DNA from: Azolla caroliniana
Lineage: Eukaryota; Plantae; Polypodiophyta
Direction: 5' to 3'
Assembly: GCA_043228905.1 (NCBI GenBank)
Contig: JBHGNT010000006.1
Location: 8,308,001 to 8,372,000, forward strand
Length of the DNA stretch: 64,000 nucleotides
The notes under the pieces were generated by a model, which was not told the DNA's origin, did not search any database, and worked only from the letters and a program-made list of their open reading frames with translations. Position numbers and translations under genes: made by a program. Positions 54,301 through 64,000 of the stretch are shown here, piece after piece; the first letter of the stretch is position 1; every line of letters starts with the position of its first letter.

Positions 54301-55051
54301 CGCAAAATTAGAAAAGTGCATTTTCGGCTAGAATCAAGTGGAGTTTTTGGGGTTTGTTGTATCATCAACTGGTATCTCTATGGACCCAATGAAGGTTCAA
54401 ACAATTTTAGATTGGCAAACACCCCTTTCAGTGCATGATGTACAATGTTTTCTTGGGTTTGCAATTTTTTATTGGAAATTCATTAAAAGTTATTCCAAGG
54501 TCGTGCTTCCGCTCACCCGACTCACACACAAAAATCAACCATTCATATGGAATTCAGAGGCGACCGAGGTGTTCGAAAGTTTAAAACGAGCATTTATAAC
54601 AACGCCTATTTTGGCTCATATTGATCCAAAGAAATGCTTCCTCCTTGAAGCTGATGCATCCAACTTTGCATTAGGAAGTGTTCACAAACTAGAGATGACG
54701 GCCAACTACATCCTATTGCTTTTCATTCCCGAAAATTTGAAGCTGCAAAGATTAATTACGAGATCCATCACAAAGAGCTTCTGGCAATTGTGGATTCTTT
54801 TCAACAATGGCGACATTTTCTGGAAGGTTGTTCTCAGCAGATCATTGTCTACAATGATCACAAGAACCTAACATATTTCCAAAATGCTCGAGTCTTAAGT
54901 CGGCGACAAGCTCGTTGGGCGCAATTTTTAACTCACTTTGACTTTGTAATCATATATCGCCCAAGGATGCAGCAAGGAAAAGTGAATGCTCTTTCTCGAC
55001 GCTCTTATATGGAACTTCGTCCAAGAGAACCAACTTTTGAGCATCAAAAAG
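51368..55051 (+). mobile_element. Tcn1/Tf1-like chromovirus (Ty3/Gypsy), 5' part, disrupted
   Basis: LTR TGTCA...TTGACA 51368-51780. PEG10/Tf1-like gag (PTPMEI, CLYCG). RT PAGAPIFFVKKK, DYRGLNK and YLDDIL. RNase [11 protein letters not shown]. No tRNA PBS; self-complementary PBS instead. Confidence 0.88.
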
Positions 55052-55437
55052 TGTCAAGAATCATGACCGGCCACAACCGGTTTATCGTTCGGATGTTTGG
55101 GTGTAGGGAACGTAAAGTAAAATGCACTCAAACATAGTACGAAAACAGAAATAGCACAAGAGACAGAGACACACGATCTTAACGTGGAAACCCAAAATGG
55201 GAAAAATCACGGGAGTCCACAAACCTCGAGAAACAGAATCAGTATGCAAAAAGGAGGAGTACAACTAGAAGCTCTGAGGCAACGACCTCAAGATTCTACT
55301 TCGTCAACAGACGGCTACACAGTTGCACACTATCTCACTCTCATTGACTTACTGTTACACAGTTACAGAGGTAACGACCTTCTAAGTAACTTTTAACAAT
55401 TACTCATCATCACATTATGATTGCCCTAAGTACTATT
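55052..55437 (-). mobile_element. Partial Copia-type LTR related to the Copia-2 LTR, interrupted by the Sola2-like element
   Basis: Starts TGTCAAG. Shares GGCCACAACCG and TTAACGTGGAAA.CC.AAATGGGAAAAA.CACGGGA with 39065-39625. Breaks at TACTATT|GGG. Confidence 0.75.
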
Positions 55438-55916
55438 GGGTAAAAGCATGCGAGTGGAAACACTATTATAGCTAATTAGCTACTAAAATGGCCATAGCTA
55501 ATTAGCTATTTGTTTAGCTAGTCTTTTTTGTGGGAAAATCAAATATTTGAAAAACTAATTTATGAAAAAACTCAAATATTTGAACTTCTGTTTCAGACGT
55601 AGTGGAACTTGGGGAATATCACCATCATCTAAGGTCGACTTCAATGTCATCAATTTCCTGTTTAGCCTAAGTCTGATTTTGAACGCAGATGGAGTACTCA
55701 GAGCACGAACGCAGACGTAGCTCCCGCAACAGCAAAAAATCGACATTGCAGATTGAGAGCTACAACACAGAACCCGCTCGATCATCGTCCAGGTATGTTT
55801 CAGTTACAGAAACCCCAAACATTTGTTTTTTCTTTTTGACTACTGTCTGAACTTTGGTGCCGATTCATATTTCCCCAAAATCGAATAGGGCGAAGTCCTT
55901 GGAGTCCCATACAAGG

Positions 55917-58900
55917 ATGTCTCGCAAATCGGGGAGTAGCAACAGGTGTGTTTATATTACTTTTTTTGTGTTTAATCCTGTCTTTAGTGATTAGGGTTTG
56001 TGATTGAAATTTCTGATTAGGGTTTGTGATTGAAATTTCTGATTAGGGTTTTTGATTATAAATTTTTGATTAGAATTTCTGAATAGGGTTTCTGGTTACA
56101 AATTTTGATTACAAATTAGAATTTCTGAATAGGGTTTTTGTTTATAAATTTCTGCTTAGGATTTCTGATTAGGGTTTGTGATTGAAATTTTTTATTAGGG
56201 TTTCTGATTGAAATTTCTGATTAGGGTTTTTGATTATAAATTTCTGATTAGAATTTTTGAATAAGGTTTCTGGTTACAAACTTCTGATTACAGATTTTGA
56301 TTAGGGTTTCTGATTTCAAACTTCTGATTACAGATTTTGATTAGGTTAAGTTAAAGATTTTGCACCATTTTTGTTGTTGATTGGGGTTTTTGATTCTCAC
56401 ATATTCTGATTTTGCACTATTTCTGATTTCTGAAATGATATTTCAGATGGCTCGTTCCTCCGTATACGAGAGTGCTAAACTTCGCAAAATTTTGCGAGAC
56501 AAAGGAGGACTTCCACAACACCTATGGTCTGTCACTCGAGGGTGTTGACCCTGCTGTCCTAAGTGATAAATTGATCAGTGATATAGACTGGATGACAGTA
56601 TATACAGTGCCTAGAGTCAAAGGCAAGGTCAAGCTGAAGCATGTACGAGCCGACTTGTACGATGACTGCATGAGACTGCACCAGAAAGTTCATCAGGAGA
56701 TCCCAGTCAACAATGAGTTGTCAGTTTCATTTGCTAGAGCATTTGCATATGAGTACTGCAAAACAACGAAGGAATCTAGAGACCCTGAAATGTATAGGGT
56801 AGCTTGGGCAGTCTATGGTGAGGCATCGGTAAAAAGATGCCGAAAGATGGGGACCTTGGCACAAAAAATAGACAGATTTTGGAGCATGGCAGCTGTTGAT
56901 GCAACTGCCGACTCCCAGCAAGACCGGGGGCATACACCACACCGACACCCAAGGAAAGCCAATGTCGATGATACAGGTGAGACATTGGTTAGCTATATGC
57001 TAAAAAATGTCCATGAAGCCTGTGAGACATTGGCATTTTTTAAGACTGATTTAGAGAAAGCCACAATGGCTTCTGCAATGGAGAGCAAAGTTACTTCTGC
57101 TGTTACAATAATTAGAAATAAGATTCAGGTAACTATTGTTTTGCTGGTATGTGATTGTGTTATAAATAACGGGTAAAATGTGCTAATCAAGCATTATCTG
57201 GAATAGGTTGCGCAACAGGAGCTTGAATTAGAGGGGCCACTGGATCCCCAGCGTAAAATAGAACTGCAAATAGAGATCCAGGTTCTTTCAATGAACCTGG
57301 ACCTTCTAGGTGTAAATACTGTTGCAGATTACAATTTGGATAAGCTTCAAGTAAGTTAACGATTCCTGAGCAAAGTTGGTGTATCTTTCAACAACAAGAA
57401 TAATTAATCGGTAAATTTCTCTGTTGCATTGAAGGAACAATACATTCATCAAGAACAGGTAGTTAGCTGCCTTAAGAAGAAGCTACATTTTGTGGAGGGA
57501 ATGGTAAGGACCAGACAGGATTTGGACCTGAACATTCTTGCTCCCTTACCAAATGAAGTAGAACCAGAAAATGATTTATTGACAGTTCAAGCACGTTGCA
57601 TCGCTTGCGGGTTAGGTGTGGAGGACAAAACTGCGTCTTTGTTGGTTCACCTACAACCATGCAACCACACATACCATCTGCTTTGTTTTCAACATGCCTG
57701 TCGAATTGCTGCATTCTGTTTGGGAGATTGCAGTACAACTCTACCAAATGAGTGGAGAAAACAAACAGGTATACCATACTGTAGCTAATAAGCTTAGTCT
57801 TTTCTAATTAGCTATCCTACTAGCTAATTAGCTACTGGCAGCTAATGAGCTACTAGCTAATTAGCTATCCTAGTAGCTAATTAGCTATGGTACTAGCTAA
57901 TTAGCTAGTACCATAGTTGTGTAAAAAAGCTAATTAGCTATCCTACTAGCTAATTAGCCACTGGCAACTAATTAGCTATCCTAGTAACTAATTAGCTACT
58001 GCCATAGTTGTGTAAAGTAGCTAATAAGCTATCCTAGTAGCTAGTTAGCTATGGTACTAGCTAATTAGCTAGTACCATAGTTGTGTAAAAAAGCTAATTA
58101 GCTATCCTACTAGCTAATTAGCTACTGGCAACTAATTAGCTATCCTACTAGCTAATTAGCTATCATAGTAGCTAATTAGCTACTGACATAGTTGTGTAAA
58201 GTAGCTAATAAGCTATCCTAGTAGCTAGTTAGCTATGGTACTAGCTAATTAGCTAGTACCATAGTTGTGTAAAAAAGCTAATTAGCTATCCTACTAGCTA
58301 ATTAGCTACTGGCAACTAATTAGCTATCCTACTAGCTAATTAGCTATCCTACTAGCTAATAAGCTATCCTAGTAGCTAATTAGCTACTAGCAGCTAATTA
58401 GCTATCCTAGTAGCTAATTAGCTATCCTACTAGCTAATTAGCTACTACCATAGTTGAGTAAAGTAGCTAATTAGCTATCCTACTAGCTAATTAGCTACTA
58501 CCATAGTTGAGTAAAGTACCTAATTAGCTATCCTACTAGCTAATTAGCTACTGGCAACTAATTAGCTATCCTAGTAGTGTAAAATAGTGTGTAAAGTAGC
58601 TAATAAGCTATCCTAGTAGCTAATTAGCTACTGGCAACTAATTAGCTATCCTAGTAGCTAATTAGCTACTAGCAGCTAATTAGCTATCCTAGTAGCTAAT
58701 TAGTTATCCTACTAGCTAATTAGCTACTACCATAGTTGAGTAAAGTAGCTAATTAGCTATCCTACTAGCTAATTAGCTACTACCATAGTTGAGTAAAGTA
58801 CCTAATTAGCTATCCTACTAGCTAATTAGCTACTGGCAACTAATTAGCTATCCTAGTAGTGTAAAGTAGTGTGTAAAGTAGCTAATAAGCTATCCTAGTA

Positions 58901-59697
58901 GCTAATTAGCTACTGGCAGCTAATTAGTTGTCCTAGTAGCTAATAAGCTATCCTAACTACTACCATAGTTGAGTAAAGTACCTAATTAGCTATCCTAACT
59001 ACTACCATAGTTGAGTAAAGTACCTAATTAGCTATCATACTAGCTAATTAGCTATCGTACTAGCTAATTAGCTATCCTAGCTTCTACCATAGTTTAGTAA
59101 AGTAGCTAATTAGCTATCCTAAATAACTGTCATGTTATTGTAGAATCTTGTGGATTAAGGACGGCACATGATGTGTCTGGTGCTGATGATGCTGCAACAG
59201 ATGAGGATACTACTGCCAATGTGGCTGAAAGTAAGAGTCCTGCTATCACATCTCCTTCAGATCAGCTGCACCCTATTCTTTTGGAACAGTGTACTGAATT
59301 AGGCAACGATGTGAAATGCCATGAAATAGTGGAAACAACATGTAAAACTGAGGTTCACAACAACAGTGTTTATGAACACTTGATGCAACATTTCTTCGAG
59401 TCTCAAGACCTTGATTCCACCCCACCGAGCCCAACTACTGAAAATGTCCAAACAGATCCCTCTGTACTTGAAAAGCTAGTTCAAGAAACGGCTGATGTGC
59501 AATTAGCTGCTGAGGCGATGGGAAGGTTGTCGGAGGAGGACACACTTGCGCATTGGGTCCTAGAAGCAAGGCTAAATGGGGAACCAACCAGAAAAAAGGC
59601 TGAAGAAGGGGCCACGATCGGGAACAAGACCAGTTACTCAGTCAAGGGGCCCAGACGTAGCGGAGCGAAATACTGTTTAGTTGGATATGATTGTTAG
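55917..59697 (+). CDS. Cargo gene copy 2: unknown domain, coiled coil, RING-H2 and an acidic tail; spliced and apparently intact
   Basis: In-frame GT/AG exons 55917-55945, 56447-57128, 57207-57350, 57435-57768 and 59144-59697. Motifs RLHQKVHQEIPVNNELSVSFARAFAYE...VAWA and CIAC...PCNHTYHLLC...CLGDC...EW. An unspliced alternative stops at 57788. Confidence 0.75.
55989..56400. repeat. Intronic minisatellite with telomere-like TTAGGGTTT motifs (~26-bp units)
   Basis: GATTAGGGTTT(G/C/T)TGATTGAAATTTCT repeated with variants inside intron 55946-56446. Confidence 0.85.
57780..59120. repeat. Palindromic satellite (TAGCTAATTAGCTA core), intronic
   Basis: Dozens of ~22-bp units such as TAGTAGCTAATTAGCTATCC, arranged in higher-order blocks. 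Confidence 0.97.
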
Positions 59698-59929
59698 CTT
59701 AGGGATTTTGCTAGGGTTTTATGAAGTTTTACTATCCTGTTGGACAAGTAAAACCTCAGATTGGTTGTTGCTTGATCCACATTATGTAATGGAACTCTAT
59801 GATGTTTTTCCAAGATAATTTGAAGAGTGTTGTTCTATGACTGAAACTCTTTGATGTTCAGGATATTGTTTTGTGAGACTAGTAGTTACTTTGTGAGTGT
59901 GAATATGTTGGTGTTTTCTGATGTTGCAG

Positions 59930-60984
59930 AGTCTAAAGGGTTTGATTCTATTGCTCGTAAGGCCAATGGCAGTGTGGATACTGTTGATGTTGCGGCATGT
60001 TTAAAGGGCCCCATCTTGAAAGTAGATGTAGCAACTGACACAAGTGATCTGGTCACACAAGTTGATCAAGCATGTAGCACGGATGACTTGGTGTTGCAGG
60101 TTGATCAAGCATGTAGCACGGATGACTTGGTGTTGCAGGTAGATGCAGCATGTAGCACGGATGACTTGGTGTTGCAGGTAGATGCAGCATGTGATACCAG
60201 TGGATTGATATCGAGCAGAACAGTAGCTACATGCACTGAGGTAATCCAAGGATTGATAACTAAGTCGACAAAACAAGAGCACCAGAATGTGAAGCTAGGC
60301 CCAACACAGTCGACTAGGGGTTTAAAGAGGAAAAGGACACCAGTTGTGTCAGCCGAACCTGAGCTGATTGAGATTGATCGTATCCTACCAGAAAATGGTG
60401 TAACAGCGGCTCAGTTTCAGGAATGGAAACCTAAACCACTAGAAGTCGAGCGAAGAGCCTTGATCTTGGAGCTGGATAAAGTCTTGATGAGTGTGAGATA
60501 TATGCAGCCAAGGAGGGACGCAAATCAGTTTCTAGAGTGGGCTGCGGAGTACTTCGATTTGTTTATTTGGAGTGAAAAACCAAAATCAGATGTGTGGAAG
60601 TGTTTGGCAAGATTCTTCCCAAAATGGCGAAGTCGTTTTAAAGGTCAATGGGCACGAGAAAATTGTGAGCAGATGGAAGCTGCAAGATTCAAGGGGCTTT
60701 CTGATTTTTGGGCTACTTGGCCTGAATATAATGCTGACAATACATTGATTTTGGATACAGAACATTTCCGACACTACTTCAATATTCGGAGATGCTGTCT
60801 CATTCTACCCGAGGAAATGCCTGAACAGTACCTGGTGCAAACAGTGAGCTGCCAACTAGGTGCATGGTTGTGGACTCCATACCGAGCTCAATATGCGGAT
60901 AATATATGTAGACTCGTTCCACTGACTAGCAAGAGCTTAGCTGTTTATAGGAGATTTGTAGACATTTCCAATGGTAATTTATAA
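59930..60984 (+). CDS. FCP1/NIF (UBLCP1-like) HAD phosphatase-domain protein with a degenerate active site and 13-aa repeats
   Basis: RRALILELDKVL, PRRDANQFLEWAAEYFDLFIWS and KGLSDFW..WPEYNADNTLILD follow the FCP1 pattern (LVLDLDETL, RP...FL......IWS, K.L..W.....NTL..DD). ACSTDDLVLQVD(Q/A) repeats at ~60030-60200. Likely acceptor at 59929. Confidence 0.7.
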
Positions 60985-61114
60985 ATATGTAAAGAGATGA
61001 CATTATTCAATGAAGAATTTAATTACTTGTTCCCACTGTACTTATCTACTGTGTAATTTGAGGAATATGTTGCAGATTGTTGATTTCATTCTATTGATGA
61101 CTATTTAGCTATTG

Positions 61115-61621
61115 ACAGCTAATTAGCTGCATTTGTACAGCTAATTAGCTACTGATGACTATTTCGCTATAACTTATAACTTAAAACTTAACAAAAAAGA
61201 CATGATTTTATTGAGAAAGAAGCACAGAAAGCAGACTGTATACAAGAAATTGATTCCAAACGAATTTATTGATCTGTTTTCGCGAAATACATGTTTGTTT
61301 TACAAGAGAACATGGTAAGTGCTACTTGTAGCTACAAATTCCATGGCATACTATTGTAAATACATTTGTACAGCTAATTAGCTGCATTTGTACAGCTAAT
61401 TAGCTACTGATGATTATTTCGCTATAACTTATAACTTAAAACTTAACAAAAAAGACATGATTTTATTGAGAAAGAAGCACAGAAAGCAGACTGTATACAA
61501 GAAATTGATTCCAAACGAATTTATTGATCTGTTTTCGCGAAATACATGTTTGTTTTACAAGAGAACATGGTAAGTGCTACTTGTAGCTACAAATTCCATG
61601 GCATACTATTGTAAATACATT
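61115..61621. repeat. 255-bp near-perfect tandem duplication of the transposase 3' end and 3' UTR
   Basis: 61115-61366 matches 61370-61621 and includes the last codons (CIYNSMPWNL*). Confidence 0.92.
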
Positions 61622-63428
61622 CATACACATTAGCACCAACAGTGTATAAACCGGAGCAGCTATTGTATTCTGACATTGGGACGTTGATGCATCTGACCAA
61701 ATGAGAGTACATATACGCCGCTGGTTTGTCTTCTAACAGCCTGTACACATATTCGTAGTCATCTAGTTTTGCATAAAAAATGCCTTCGATGTAGAATGTC
61801 CCGGCAGATACAAAATTTCCCCATGCATCTACAATATTCTGCCTTGCACACTGTTTACTAACCGTGCACTTTAATATATAGAAATCAGCACCCTCTGAAT
61901 TGCCTTCTTCAGCATTTACAGCGAAGTTATCCCCAACGTTCAGGACATCACTCAAAGTATCTCCAAGTCCCTCATATGTGAAGTCAGCATTCTGCCTTGT
62001 TTCTCCATCAACTGCTTCCTTATCATTCAGAGTGTGATACTCCCAATTCTGAATGTATGCTTTGTTTAGACAATATCTCCAATTTCCCTGCACACAATGG
62101 AAGCAAAAACAAGTCAATTCTCTAACCGCAATACAATGACCATCCAACCTGGAATAACCGCGAACAGCATGCAGAGATCGCAATTCGGGAATTCCTTGGC
62201 ACTCCCAGGTCTTCTCCCTATTTACTTCATCTATCTTCACTTCCCAAAATTCACGTTTGATATCTCGAACTTGCGAGGAATAAACACCTGTGGCACTCGT
62301 CGACATATTTGTTCTTAAAAATTCAACTACATGTGATGCACAATTCATGTGCACACCATCTGTCTTTAGTTGTTCATGGGTAAGTGCCCGCTTTATAACA
62401 ACCCCTGCACCATCGTGTTCACCTTTACCATGGCCAGACCCAAAAAAATTCCATCTCATCTCCAAACCTGTTATAGCAGGATACCTCCCCACAAAATAAA
62501 ATGGACGTCGAGCCTTGAATTGTGACGCAGCTCCGTCAGACCAGACCCAATGTTGAGTAAGCTCCAAACGTTGAGCTAATAACCACTGCCAATGTAACTT
62601 AAAACAGTGTTGGACGAACAAGGTATCATGCTTCTTATCATCGGAAATAAAGAAATGAATTACTTTTTTAACATCACCTGAAACTCGAAAATATGTTATG
62701 TGCACAAAAATGGTTACCTGAACTGAACACCAATGCATAGATTGAATTTCATTCTGCTGCTTGAAAGTATAATTCTCTGCGAAATCTACTACTGAGACTA
62801 CTACATCATTTGGGAAATCAGATATGCAAGTCTTAAACTGATGGGCCTGCCATGAATAAATGAAGTTGTGTTTAATGAACTTTCCTAGAGATACTATAAA
62901 CAGAGACACCAAATCCCTTGGTTTAAGCATCTTCCGAACTAGATCCTTTCTTTTACACACCTTTCCTTCGAAATTGGTGTTCACTGACTCAAATAACTTC
63001 ACAGAGATCAATATTTCACTACTCAATTCATTTGGACACCACCTAAATCTAGTAGGGCCACAATCTTGACATAAACCCATGACACATTTATGAATATGGA
63101 AGATAGCGTCAGATTCTCTCGGACACAATATTGAATCTAATAAATAACTCATGGAAGAGATAACGTGCTCAGATGATTTACACTCCTCTTGCGGGCTTGA
63201 TCGACAGATTTGGCACCCACATGTGCAAACTGTATTAGTTAGGGATGCGCTATGGTGACGTAGTAGATTAACAGAGTCCTTCAGAAAACCCATCTGTACA
63301 TGGTAAATGCAACAACATGTGTATCGATACTTTAAGCGTCTCACAAAGTGTGGCTTAAGAGACTCGAATGTTCGTAGTTGAACTTTGATAGTTGGATGCA
63401 TTCGTTTGAACCTAATAAATAAATCGAC
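61587..63428 (-). CDS. Sola2-type DDD transposase, last exon (>600 aa, uninterrupted); N-terminal exon(s) beyond the window
   Basis: VDFAENY...QNEIQSMHW...QVT, ISDDKKHD, WSDGAASQFK and WNFFGSGHGKGEHDGAG motifs. N-terminal Cys/His cluster (TCCCIYH...C..C) and C-terminal TCFCFHC. Acceptor TTACGCAG| at 63429 is in frame. Confidence 0.85.
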   Translation of the reverse strand, partial: VDLFIRFKRMHPTIKVQLRTFESLKPHFVRRLKYRYTCCCIYHVQMGFLKDSVNLLRHHSASLTNTVCTCGCQICRSSPQEECKSSEHVISSMSYLLDSILCPRESDAIFHIHKCVMGLCQDCGPTRFRWCPNELSSEILISVKLFESVNTNFEGKVCKRKDLVRKMLKPRDLVSLFIVSLGKFIKHNFIYSWQAHQFKTCISDFPNDVVVSVVDFAENYTFKQQNEIQSMHWCSVQVTIFVHITYFRVSGDVKKVIHFFISDDKKHDTLFVQHCFKLHWQWLLAQRLELTQHWVWSDGAASQFKARRPFYFVGRYPAITGLEMRWNFFGSGHGKGEHDGAGVVIKRALTHEQLKTDGVHMNCASHVVEFLRTNMSTSATGVYSSQVRDIKREFWEVKIDEVNREKTWECQGIPELRSLHAVRGYSRLDGHCIAVRELTCFCFHCVQGNWRYCLNKAYIQNWEYHTLNDKEAVDGETRQNADFTYEGLGDTLSDVLNVGDNFAVNAEEGNSEGADFYILKCTVSKQCARQNIVDAWGNFVSAGTFYIEGIFYAKLDDYEYVYRLLEDKPAAYMYSHLVRCINVPMSEYNSCSGLYTVGANVYECIYNSMPWNL

Positions 63429-63459
63429 CTGCGTAATAAAGGGGAATTAGTTATTCTCG

Positions 63460-64000
63460 TAACTAGCTAACTATCCTAGTAGCTAATTAGCTATTCTAGT
63501 AGCTAGTTAGCTATTCTAGTAGCTAATTAGCTATCATGGTAGCTAATTAGTTGTCCTAGTAGCTAATTAGCTATCATGGTAGTTAATTAGCTGTCGTAGT
63601 AGCTAATTAGCTATCATGGTAGCTAATTAGCTATTCTAGTAGCCAATTAGCTATCATAGTAGCTAATTAGCTGTCGTAGTAGCTAATTAGCTATCATGGT
63701 AGCTAATTAGCTGTCCTAGTAGCTAATTGGTTGTCCTAGTAGCTAATTAGCTATCATGGTAGCTAATTAACTGTCGTAGTAGCTAATTAGCTATCATGGT
63801 AGCTAATTAGCTGTCGTAGTAGCTAATTAGCTATCATGGTAGCTAATTAGCTATTCTAGTAGCTAATTAGCTATTCTAGTAGCTAATTAGCTATCATGGT
63901 AGCTAATTAGCTGTCGTAGTAGCTAATTAGCTATCATGGTAGCTAATTAGCTGTCGTAGTAGCTAATTAGCTATCATGGTAGCTAATTAGCTATTCTAGT
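63460..64000. repeat. Second TAGCTAATTAGCT satellite array (20-bp units) in a putative transposase intron
   Basis: AGCTAATTAGCTATCATGGT, AGCTAATTAGCTGTCGTAGT and AGCTAATTAGCTATTCTAGT units continue to the window end. Confidence 0.97.

Larger units (their letters stand above)
55438..64000. mobile_element. Large Sola2-like DNA transposon copy 2 (>8.5 kb, runs off the window)
   Basis: Left end GGGTAAAAGCA (GRG start as described for Sola2). Subterminal TAGCTAATTAGCTA motifs. Convergent cargo genes (+) and transposase (-). Confidence 0.75.

Noticed and set aside
55368-55390. Alternative left end of the DNA transposon at GAGGTAACGACC
   Set aside because: A similar GAGGCAACGACC occurs inside the Copia-type LTRs (55276, ~39279) and LTR similarity continues to ~55437. 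The GGG at 55438 matches the 20411 terminus.
55989-56400. True telomere or interstitial telomeric array
   Set aside because: The TTAGGG motifs are spaced within ~26-bp units inside an intron, not tandem TTTAGGG.
57780-59120. Possible CRISPR array (palindromic repeats)
   Set aside because: There are no unique spacers, the units are contiguous satellite variants, no cas genes are present and the context is eukaryotic.

Overview
This is a repeat-dense eukaryotic window. It is most likely from a non-seed land plant such as a fern, inferred from the TE lineages and a plant-type intron-containing gene. One apparently intact host gene is present: a 4-exon condensation-domain/PapA-like acyltransferase homologue on the minus strand, 14161-17055. 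The rest is a nest of transposons: a decayed L1-like LINE, two Copia elements, a Tcn1-like self-priming chromovirus, and a CG-rich Ty3/Gypsy family with six insertions at 4-bp CCGG/ACGG targets, a tRNA-Trp PBS and a covarying U5 hairpin. The most interesting signal is a pair of related large DNA transposons that both start with GGGT(A/G)AAAGCA (20411 and 55438). The right-hand one encodes an uninterrupted Sola2-type DDD transposase. Both carry a spliced cargo gene (unknown 'NNE..FARAFA.E' domain, coiled coil, RING-H2) whose post-RING intron is filled with a family-specific palindromic repeat (AGTACT vs TAGCTAATTAGCTA) that also occurs near the element end. The right-hand element also carries a catalytically degenerate FCP1/UBLCP1-like phosphatase domain. 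All coordinates and alignments were read by eye; no database searches were run.
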